Below, piece after piece: positions 17,898-26,092 of a stretch of 60,691 nt of DNA. The notes beneath the pieces were generated by a model. It was not told where the DNA came from and made no database searches. It saw only the letters and a program-made list of their open reading frames with translations. The stretch covers positions 1 to 60,691 of the forward strand of contig CAZRWL010000004.1 of assembly GCA_964603935.1 (NCBI GenBank). Direction: 5' to 3'. Origin of the DNA: an uncultured Gammaproteobacteria bacterium (GTDB lineage: Bacteria; Patescibacteriota; Microgenomatia; Levybacterales; UBA12049). The position numbers and the translations under genes were made by a program. How positions within the stretch are numbered: position 1 is the first letter of the stretch; each line of letters starts with the position of its first letter.

Positions 17898-18939
17898 ATG
17901 AACAATCAAAGAATATTATGGTTTCAAGACGGAGTAAAGTTTTCTACTCAAGCTAGAATGTGGGAGAAAATTGATGCACTAACTCAAAAACTCATTGACC
18001 TTGCCAGCAATAGAGATTTTGAGCATGTTGTAGTTGATCCTGTTTCTTGTGCCCAAAAATTATTTAGGCAAACAGACATGCGAGATTATAGCTGTGTTAT
18101 AGATTTGTCAGGATTCTTTGGGGAAATTATTAAACGAAATTCTCCCCAGATTTCCGTTGTTAGTAACTTCAGGCTGAGTAGAATTAGAATCGTATCCTCT
18201 CCCCGTTTGGATGGAAGTGGATTTTTAGTTAGTTTAAATAACCAAGAAGTTAAAAAAATAAAAGACAACATCGATTTGAGCAGGCCTTTACTTTTGGATG
18301 ATGTTGCTTGGTCCGGAAGAACTATTGTTGAAGCAATAAAAATATTAGGAATAGATCCAACAACTACAACAGTTGGACTATTAGCAACTAACGACGGGAA
18401 TTTTGGAGAAGGGAAACCTGGGGCTTTAGGCGTATTAAAAGAAAAAGGAATTACTATCCTGCCAGGAGAAACTATTTCGACCCCGCAAGATGATGGCTTT
18501 CACCTTGCTGATTTTTTCAATTTTTCACCCGATGAAAATCTCTTCAATAGCATATTGGAAATTTGGATAAAAAGAAAAAAGATGCAAAATCTTTCCGGCG
18601 AAACAAGACAAAATACGGAGAATGAAATGAGAACTATTTTAATTAACAACAGAGAAGCCCTTTTCCCAAGAGCTATTTCGTCCGAAGGGATGAGAGCTCT
18701 CCAACAAGAAGGGCGTCTTTATCAATACAAGTGGAATAGCGAAAAATCAAATATTTGACACTAATCCACCCAATTGGCTTATGCCGTCTTTTATGCAAAG
18801 AGTGGATTTAAATATGGTTGCTAGAAATAAAAAAGAAATTATGGAAACTTTAAGGGAGTTTAGGAATATAATTAGCGAAGACCAAGAGATAGCAGAAGGA
18901 CGAAATGAAATTACAAGACGCGGAATAGAAAGAGGATAG
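17898..18939 (+). CDS. Type I phosphoribosyltransferase-like protein, split by a +1 frameshift near 18717-18720
   Basis: PRPP-loop PLLLDDVAWSGRTI; frame 0 stops at 18758; the +1 frame is open 18694-18939 and ends 2 bp before the next ATG. Confidence 0.72.
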
Positions 18940-18941
18940 AT

Positions 18942-19487
18942 ATGAGAAAAATACAAATCGGAGTCATGGGGTCATGTGCGGATCTAAAATACTCAAAGAA
19001 AATAGAACGACTTGCTGAGCAAGTTGGTTTTTGGGTTGCTAAAAAAAAGGCGACTCTTATTTTTGGCGCAGAAAAAGATGTTGATTCTTTATCAACTTCC
19101 GCATGCCGCGGAGCCAAAAAAGTAAAAGGCCTTACTGTTGGAATAACTTACGGAAAAGGACTGGAAGTAAAAGAGAAAAACACTGACATTGTTATCGCAA
19201 GTGGCTCAGAAAGAGGAGGAGGAAGAGAGTTTCCTCTGGTATTGAGCTGTGATGCAATTATTTGCATTAGCGGAGGTTCCGGAACTTTAACCGAGATAGC
19301 TATTGCCTACCAAGCAAATATACCGATTGTGACTTTGCAAGGAACCGGCGGATGGAGCGAAAAACTAGCCGGACAATTTTTGGATGGACGAAATAGAATT
19401 AAAATAGAGTCTGCCAAAACTCCTAAAGAAGCAGTTAGCCTGGCAATAAAACTAGCCTTAAAAAATCATCGTAACCAATCCTTATAG
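18942..19487 (+). CDS. LOG/SLOG family protein (TIGR00725-like)
   Basis: IGVMGS, AEQVG, GGGRE, DAIICISGGSGTLTEIAIAY..NIPIV, GTGGWS. Confidence 0.9.
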   Translation: MRKIQIGVMGSCADLKYSKKIERLAEQVGFWVAKKKATLIFGAEKDVDSLSTSACRGAKKVKGLTVGITYGKGLEVKEKNTDIVIASGSERGGGREFPLVLSCDAIICISGGSGTLTEIAIAYQANIPIVTLQGTGGWSEKLAGQFLDGRNRIKIESAKTPKEAVSLAIKLALKNHRNQSL

Positions 19488-19577
19488 TTAGGGATTGGCT
19501 GTGTTTTTCATTTTAAATTAAACCGCAAAAACACCATCGATCTCTGTCTATAAGGATTTTTTTCTTTGACAGAGATC
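19475..19577 (+). promoter_or_regulatory. Candidate structured RNA switch between the LOG stop and the PRTase-2 start
   Basis: Three hairpins plus an alternative 11-bp pairing 19477-87/19548-58. Confidence 0.6.
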
Positions 19578-19580
19578 ATT

Positions 19581-20498
19581 ATGGTAGAAAGTTTTAATTA
19601 TAAATCACTCGAGAAAAAAGAGACAACGCAACAAAGTCCTTATGTAGTATCACAGGATATAGGTATTCTGATGAAAAAATGGGCGAAAGAAAGAAATTTT
19701 AATCTTCCAAATGAAGAGTTTATTACACAGTTGCGTTCGGAGTTTGCTCAATTTATGAAACGAATTTTTCCGAGCTTTGAATCGGTAAATGAAAATGAAT
19801 TATCAAATGGATTAAGAAGTCTTGTTGAAAGTACCGAGCTTTTTTCGATATCCTTAGACCGAGTCTATTTTCAGTCAAATCCTAGCATAGACATTTCCAG
19901 ACTTGTGGATAATGAGGGCAAAGATAAAGGTTTGGGCAGAAGAAGAGATTCATCTTCCCTTCTTGGACAATTTAAAAAATTAAAAAAACTTGACATAAAA
20001 GAAGCTGTTTTAGTGGATGATGTCGTTTTCTCAGGAAGTTTGGTAGAAAGAATAATGAATGTTTTATCGGACATTAACATAAAAATACCAGTAATTTGTG
20101 CTGGCATTGCAATAAAGGAAGGAATAGATATTATTGCTAAGTCTGGCAAAGAATTACGAGCCGTAAAAATTTATGACAAAGTAATCGATGAAGTTTGCGA
20201 AAGAGATTTTTATCCGGGCGTCCCATTTTGCGGAAGATCTCTTAACAGTTGCGACAACGTTGGTATACCCTACATTCTGCCCTTTGGAGACCCTGGAAAA
20301 TGGGCGTCAATACCGCAAGAGTGGCAAAAACCTTTCTCTCAATTTTGCTTACGACAATCTATCAAATTATTTGAAAAGGTAGAAAACTGCTCAGGAAGAT
20401 ATATTTACTGTTCAGATTTAGATCGAAAAATAATTTCATTACCAAGTAATAATACTAGATTTATTAGTTCCCTAAAACAATTTTTACAAGAAATATGA
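19581..20498 (+). CDS. Second type I phosphoribosyltransferase-like protein
   Basis: AVLVDDVVFSGSLV PRPP-loop; shares SR..D..G and D....DF motifs with the first PRTase-like gene. Confidence 0.75.
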   Translation: MVESFNYKSLEKKETTQQSPYVVSQDIGILMKKWAKERNFNLPNEEFITQLRSEFAQFMKRIFPSFESVNENELSNGLRSLVESTELFSISLDRVYFQSNPSIDISRLVDNEGKDKGLGRRRDSSSLLGQFKKLKKLDIKEAVLVDDVVFSGSLVERIMNVLSDINIKIPVICAGIAIKEGIDIIAKSGKELRAVKIYDKVIDEVCERDFYPGVPFCGRSLNSCDNVGIPYILPFGDPGKWASIPQEWQKPFSQFCLRQSIKLFEKVENCSGRYIYCSDLDRKIISLPSNNTRFISSLKQFLQEI

Positions 20499-20584
20499 TA
20501 TTATAAAAGAGGCTATAAAAAAAATCACCCCGCTGTTTAGGCGGGGGAAATTCGTTATTTACAATTTAACACAAGAAAATAATT

Positions 20585-21772
20585 ATGTCAAGTATTAAAG
20601 CGCAAACGCTAAAAGGATTCAGAGACTTCCTCCCTAGCGAGGCGAGAAAGAGACAGTTTGTTGTTAACGCTTTGAAAAAGGTGTTTGAATCTTATGGCTT
20701 TGAACCGCTTGAAACACCTAGCTTGGAATACGAAGAAATACTTCTTGGAAAATATGGTTCGGAAGGCGATAAATTAATGTACCGCTTCGAAGATAATGGG
20801 AAAAGACGCGTTGCATTAAGATACGACCAGACCGTTCCCCTGGCCCGTGTTGTGGCACAATACCAAAATCAACTCCCAATGCTGTTTAAACGGTACCAAA
20901 TTCAAAATGTCTGGCGCGCGGAAAATACCCAAAAAGGCCGTTTCCGCGAATTTCTCCAATGCGACATCGACACTGTCGGCACATCTTCCCCACTGTCCGA
21001 TACGGAAATTATTGAAGTTGCTGCAACTTCACTCAAAGCTTTAGGATTTAAAGATTTTAAAATCTTAATCAATGACCGGAAAAATTTTGACAAATTAGAT
21101 AAAAAAGCAATATCTATCATTGATAAATTGGCGAAAATCGGCGAAGACAAAGTTAAGATATATCTGAAAGAAGAAGAAATTGACGACAAAACTCTTGAAA
21201 AAGTAAAAAACATGCCTATTACTGAAGAATTGAAAAATATTGCAGGTTTGCTTGAAAAAATAAAAATTGAATTTTCTCCGACCCTTGCTCGCGGTTTAGA
21301 TTACTACACAGGATTAATTTTTGAAATTGAGATTGAGGGATATTCTGCGGGATCGGTTTGCGGAGGAGGACGCTATGATAATTTAATCGGTTTATTCGCC
21401 AATAAACAAGTCCCCGCAGTTGGCTGCGCTTTTGGTTTCGACCGCCTGATGGAGGCCATGGATCAGCTTAATCTTTTCCCCAAAGACCTGCAAACAACCA
21501 AAGTCTTAGTTACTATTTTCTCCCCGGAACTTGTTCAACAATCAATTAACTGCACTACAGTACTACGTAGCGCTAAAGTATCTACAGAGTTATATCTTGA
21601 TCCAAATGCCAAGCTGGAAAAACAGATGAAATACGCAGATACCAAAGGTATCCCTTACGCTGTTATCATAGGTCCTGATGAGGCAAAAAATAAAACCGTA
21701 ACCTTAAAAAACCTAAAAACCCGCGAACAAAAGACAATTTCCAACGGAAAAATAATCGAAGAGTTATCTTGA
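20585..21772 (+). CDS. hisS: Histidine--tRNA ligase
   Basis: KGFRDFLP, LRYDQTVP, QKGRFREFLQCD, RGLDYYTG, GGGRYD, anticodon-binding domain. Confidence 0.98.
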   Translation: MSSIKAQTLKGFRDFLPSEARKRQFVVNALKKVFESYGFEPLETPSLEYEEILLGKYGSEGDKLMYRFEDNGKRRVALRYDQTVPLARVVAQYQNQLPMLFKRYQIQNVWRAENTQKGRFREFLQCDIDTVGTSSPLSDTEIIEVAATSLKALGFKDFKILINDRKNFDKLDKKAISIIDKLAKIGEDKVKIYLKEEEIDDKTLEKVKNMPITEELKNIAGLLEKIKIEFSPTLARGLDYYTGLIFEIEIEGYSAGSVCGGGRYDNLIGLFANKQVPAVGCAFGFDRLMEAMDQLNLFPKDLQTTKVLVTIFSPELVQQSINCTTVLRSAKVSTELYLDPNAKLEKQMKYADTKGIPYAVIIGPDEAKNKTVTLKNLKTREQKTISNGKIIEELS

Positions 21773-23005
21773 GGTTTTTCTTCTTATCAATATATCTTCT
21801 CCCCATTTTAAGGTTTCGTTTAATATCCTTTGTCTCAAAATCACAGGCATTTGGGCATATCCCTTATCAACTTCTTTTCCACGCTCAAAATATTCCCCCT
21901 CAAAACCTCTATCGCTAGAACGCATAGCCTGAGGAGCTACTACTTTGTGGTTAACGGAATAACTCATTTCAAAAACGATACCCATCGTAGTTCTGGATAT
22001 ACTTTTAGGCAACAGCTGCAGCGTATTTTCTCCTTCAATGATCATCTCCAACGGAGTTGACCTCCTTATTCCCAAATCAATCAATAAATTTTCTACAACT
22101 TCGGGCAACATATCATAGTCCTCTGGTTTCACATCTATGGATAGCTCTCCATGTCTTCTTTTTTCGGCAGGATTAGTTCCCCATTTATACTCAGCTACCT
22201 CACCCGTTAAATCGAATAAACGTGAAGCAGTTTGACGGGCTTTGGCTAATTCCCCACTTCCGTTTGTACTAAATATGTCAATCCAGCCAAAATCTATGCT
22301 CGAATCTTCAGGTTTTCCTTTCTGGTCAGATACCAAAAGGTCTTCAATCCAATCAGCTGCGCCTTTTAATATTGCTGTATGTATTGGCCTAGAGATAAGT
22401 TTCTTGCCAGGATTTCTTGTACGATAAAAATCGCCAACATCTTTTCCTCTTCCTGTGGGAACATCTCTTGTTCCGCTCATAGGTAAACCGGAATATGGAC
22501 CAGGAAAATAATAGTATTCTGGGCGCGTTGTTGAAGACACACTAAATCCCTCAAATTCGTCTGTACTAATGCTAGCTCCTATTTTATTTTCTGTTATTCC
22601 TTGAGGTCTTACTTCAAAAGAGAAATCTCCATCATATTTCCCAGGCTTTCCGTCTTCCGATTTTTTTGTGCGAAAATAAATTTCGACGTCTACCTTATCC
22701 GAAGGCTTAATCCCCAGGTCATTAAAGAACATCCTTAAAGGTTTCGGAACTTCATCCAACTCCTTCTTGGAGGGTGCAAAAGACAAGTATGTCCAAATCC
22801 AAGGATTATCATCATGCTTCCTTATTCGCTTATCAAATCCCCGAGGAAATCTTTCTTCGTTCGCTAACTTTTCATAAAGATTCTCAAATTTAGCATGGGT
22901 ATCCCGTTCGTATTGCTCCATTTGACCCAACCAACCGATTAGAGGGGAAACTTGACCTACTTCTTTAGACAAAGAAAACATTCCTGATTCTATTGCTTGA
23001 GTCAT
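21764..23005 (-). CDS. Orphan protein with an internal two-domain duplication
   Basis: 413-aa ORF with its own TTGACA/TGCTATAA promoter; DLGI and W.ED.L motifs occur twice. Confidence 0.75.
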   Translation of the reverse strand: MTQAIESGMFSLSKEVGQVSPLIGWLGQMEQYERDTHAKFENLYEKLANEERFPRGFDKRIRKHDDNPWIWTYLSFAPSKKELDEVPKPLRMFFNDLGIKPSDKVDVEIYFRTKKSEDGKPGKYDGDFSFEVRPQGITENKIGASISTDEFEGFSVSSTTRPEYYYFPGPYSGLPMSGTRDVPTGRGKDVGDFYRTRNPGKKLISRPIHTAILKGAADWIEDLLVSDQKGKPEDSSIDFGWIDIFSTNGSGELAKARQTASRLFDLTGEVAEYKWGTNPAEKRRHGELSIDVKPEDYDMLPEVVENLLIDLGIRRSTPLEMIIEGENTLQLLPKSISRTTMGIVFEMSYSVNHKVVAPQAMRSSDRGFEGEYFERGKEVDKGYAQMPVILRQRILNETLKWGEDILIRRKTSR

Positions 23006-23065
23006 ACATAAAAGACAGTGGTAGATTTATAGCAAAATAAAATATTCTTGTCAAGGAAATTTTCA

Positions 23066-23131
23066 AAGAATCTCAAAACCCGCGAACAGAAAACTATCTC
23101 CCCGGACGAACTTATAGAGGATCATCTATAG
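23066..23131 (+). pseudogene. Relic of a hisS 3' end (KNLKTREQKTISPDELIEDHL*)
   Basis: Same 66-bp length as 21707-21772; first 12 codons encode identical residues with 7 synonymous changes. Confidence 0.85.
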
Positions 23132-23528
23132 GATCATGTAATTCTCCTGTTTCATCGTTTTCCCTCGACTCCCCAACTTCTACATGTCCATGAGTTTCTT
23201 CAATGCGTTTTAATTCAATCGTAGGAGAAGGTATTGCTTTGTGAATAATACTTATGTGCGAAGCTAACGCTCTAACCATTGGTACCCATTCGTTTCTCAA
23301 CTCCTGTTTTTTAGCTAACATAAGAAGCTTAGCCGTACTCTCATCACCACGTACTATTGCTACCCTAGCATCAACTACAAATGAGAGGTATGCCAACTCT
23401 TTCCTACTAAGCTTAAGGAGCATTTCTTTTTTACCCACAAATATCGTTTCCCTAAAATTAACGCCGCTTATTACCTGTTGTTCGGAACTTGAACTAGTAA
23501 TGACTCCTGGTCTTGCTTCCACAACCAT
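23112..23528 (-). CDS. Hypothetical protein
   Basis: 138-aa ORF; TATAAT just upstream. Confidence 0.6.
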   Translation of the reverse strand: MVVEARPGVITSSSSEQQVISGVNFRETIFVGKKEMLLKLSRKELAYLSFVVDARVAIVRGDESTAKLLMLAKKQELRNEWVPMVRALASHISIIHKAIPSPTIELKRIEETHGHVEVGESRENDETGELHDPIDDPL

Positions 23529-23654
23529 AACTTGCAGATTATAATACTAATTAAAGGCAAACGCAAAGAGCAGGATTGTATAGGATTTGCTTGCAATCCT
23601 ATAGGCTTTATTGTATAATATACTTTCGCCCTCAATTACAGGGCACGGTCACAT

Positions 23655-24860
23655 ATGGCAAGAGCAGAAAGAAGGCCGGGAAAACCATCACAAGGTGCTA
23701 AAGAAGATCCTTTTTCATTTTCACAGAGTTCGCAACCAGAGGGGGCGCAACCTGTACCAATTCTTCCAAAAAGAAGCAATACTGCTTTTGAAAGATTGCC
23801 CTCCTCAAGGAAACAACCAAACATTGAGATACGTCTTGCCTGGATAAGCGGATTTACATCTCGAGTTATCCATGGCGTAAACAATGTATTTACGGAAAAT
23901 AGATCCGGAATCCCCAAAATCAGCATTGACCCAAACAGAGTAAACGCATCCCTGACCCTTGAGGAAATTGTAAAAAAAGAAAAACAAAGAAATGACAGTA
24001 AATCTAGCTATTTATATCATGCGCTTATAGACTCCGGCGTAGCGGAAAAATTAGCTGACGCATTATTCTCAAGCATAGGCGAATCTGACAGTATCCCTAT
24101 GTACTGGGCAGAACCTACAGAACCTATATTTATACCGGGAAAAGAAATAGAAGCTTACGCAAAGGAAGACTTAGCCAGCGAAGTAACCGCAGGACTATTG
24201 CTGGGAATGAAGCTGCTAGAACGAAATATTCAAAGATTACCCGCTCAGGTAGAACTAGAGAGAAAAGATTGGATTGAAATAGCAAGAAACAATATGGACG
24301 TATTTTTTCAAAATATAGTAACAGGATACCGCCAAGGCGATCCTAATTTTGCAAATTTAGATCAAATAAAGCTTAATCGCCATAGGAAAAATATAATCGG
24401 CATACTTGATCATGAAGATACTCGTTTTGTAGCGCAAGGCGCAGAAGTTCACGTAGTTTTTCCGGGACAGACTCTTGAAAGCAGCGACTTTTCTTTTGGC
24501 TCAACTCTAAACCAAGGCGTTATCACAAAAATAGCGGCGCCATTAGAAATCGCTTTTGCAAGAAAACTGGCCAATATGGATAACCGCATGGCCAAACCGG
24601 AACATGAAAAAAATGCCGAACAAATATTAAAAGCACTTCTCCCTGGCGGCATGCCTGAATATACAGCGCTCGCCAAGCTTTTCTTGGAATCCAAAATTCC
24701 TTCACTTTTTATGGACTGTCGTAAAAACCGCATTCAAGCGATAAGAAGCGCATTAAAGGAACGCAGCAAAGAACACATGGTTGGCATGATTTTCGCATAT
24801 TTATTACATGAGGACTCGGAAGAAACAACTAATTTAAATGTCAATGTCTACCCTGAATAA
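23655..24860 (+). CDS. Hypothetical protein
   Basis: 401-aa ORF; promoter TTGCAA...TGTATAAT at 23591-23619; disordered N-terminus. Confidence 0.75.
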   Translation: MARAERRPGKPSQGAKEDPFSFSQSSQPEGAQPVPILPKRSNTAFERLPSSRKQPNIEIRLAWISGFTSRVIHGVNNVFTENRSGIPKISIDPNRVNASLTLEEIVKKEKQRNDSKSSYLYHALIDSGVAEKLADALFSSIGESDSIPMYWAEPTEPIFIPGKEIEAYAKEDLASEVTAGLLLGMKLLERNIQRLPAQVELERKDWIEIARNNMDVFFQNIVTGYRQGDPNFANLDQIKLNRHRKNIIGILDHEDTRFVAQGAEVHVVFPGQTLESSDFSFGSTLNQGVITKIAAPLEIAFARKLANMDNRMAKPEHEKNAEQILKALLPGGMPEYTALAKLFLESKIPSLFMDCRKNRIQAIRSALKERSKEHMVGMIFAYLLHEDSEETTNLNVNVYPE

Positions 24861-24904
24861 AATTTTTATTGCATTCTATCCTCTATTTTGATAAAATTAT
24901 AATT

Positions 24905-25204
24905 ATGAAAGCGAATATTCATCCTAAATATTTTGACCAAGCGCAGGTTATTTGTGCCTGCGGGAACAGATTTACAACAGGTTCGACCTTGGAGGAAATC
25001 CGCGTGGAATTATGCAATAAATGCCATCCATTTTATACAGGCGAGCAAAGATTCGTAGACAGCGCTTCCAGAATTCAGAAATTCCAGGCAAAACAGAATC
25101 TTGCCAAACAATATCTGACCAAAAAAGTCAAAAAACAGGAAGATCAAAAGCAAAAAGATACCGCGCCCAAAACTCTACGTGAAATGCTCATGGCAGTTAA
25201 ATAG
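24905..25204 (+). CDS. rpmE: 50S ribosomal protein L31 (Zn-binding type, C-terminally extended)
   Basis: MKANIHPKY, CACGN, CNKCHPFYTG. Confidence 0.96.
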   Translation: MKANIHPKYFDQAQVICACGNRFTTGSTLEEIRVELCNKCHPFYTGEQRFVDSASRIQKFQAKQNLAKQYLTKKVKKQEDQKQKDTAPKTLREMLMAVK

Positions 25205-25213
25205 ATATTCCCC

Positions 25214-26092
25214 ATGTACGATTACAGACGTGTCCAAATAGAAGAACTTACAAAAAAAATTGAAGAAACCAATACCCTTCTCTCTGATCCCGCATTGAAA
25301 GAGTTGGCGGAAAAAGAAATCGTTGATCTTGAATCGCGAAAAAAGATATTGGAGGAAGCTCTCAATAAAGAAGGTGAGGAAGGCGCCTCCCTTGATGACC
25401 GCAACGTGATTATGGAGGTCAAGGGCGCAGCCGGAGGCGAAGAGGCAAAGTTGTGGAGGGAAGAACTCTTGAGAATGTATCTTCGCTTTGCGCAACTTAA
25501 AGGATTTCAAGTTGAGCAAATTGATGATGGGATAATAAAGATTTCCGGGACATCCTCTACTCCGCCGCCTTTCAAAACTTTCAAATTCGAAGCAGGAGTG
25601 CATAGGGTGCAAAGAACTCCGTTAACTGAAAAACGGGGAAGAATTCACACCTCAACCGCAACTGTTTACGTTCTTCCGGAATTAGACGATATTGATTTGC
25701 ATATCAATCCTGAAGATATATCTTTTGAAGCGTTCAGATCCGGAGGACACGGCGGACAAAATGTAAATAAGGTTTCAACCGCGGTAAGATTAAAGCATAT
25801 TCCTTCAGGAATAATAGTTACATCCCAGAAAGAAAGATTCCAGGCGCAAAACAGAGAAATCGCAATGGATTTACTTCGTTCCAAACTCTGGGAAATGGAA
25901 ATAGAAAAACAGAATAAAGAGATTGCCTCTCTTAAGTCAACCCAGGTCGGCCGGGGCATGAGGGCGGAAAAAATCAGAACTTACAATTTCCCTCAAGACA
26001 GACTTACGGATCATAGAATTGGAAAAAGCTGGCATAATCTACCTGTTCTTCTGGAAGGAGAAATTGATGATATCATTAACTCGTTTTCATAA
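25214..26092 (+). CDS. prfA: Peptide chain release factor 1, shortened
   Basis: GVHRVQRTPLTE (PxT), GRIHTST, GGQNVN, KIRTYNFPQDRLTDHR; follows rpmE. Confidence 0.92.
   Translation: MYDYRRVQIEELTKKIEETNTLLSDPALKELAEKEIVDLESRKKILEEALNKEGEEGASLDDRNVIMEVKGAAGGEEAKLWREELLRMYLRFAQLKGFQVEQIDDGIIKISGTSSTPPPFKTFKFEAGVHRVQRTPLTEKRGRIHTSTATVYVLPELDDIDLHINPEDISFEAFRSGGHGGQNVNKVSTAVRLKHIPSGIIVTSQKERFQAQNREIAMDLLRSKLWEMEIEKQNKEIASLKSTQVGRGMRAEKIRTYNFPQDRLTDHRIGKSWHNLPVLLEGEIDDIINSFS

Noticed and set aside
17898-20498. PRTase-like genes as hisG or a his operon
   Set aside because: They carry the type I hhhDD...SG loop, whereas HisG has a different fold; no hisD/B/H/A/F/I motifs were seen.
20528-20546. CCCCGC/GCGGGG hairpin as a plus-strand terminator before hisS
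   Set aside because: No T-tract on the plus strand (the A-tract is upstream), so its direction and role are unclear.
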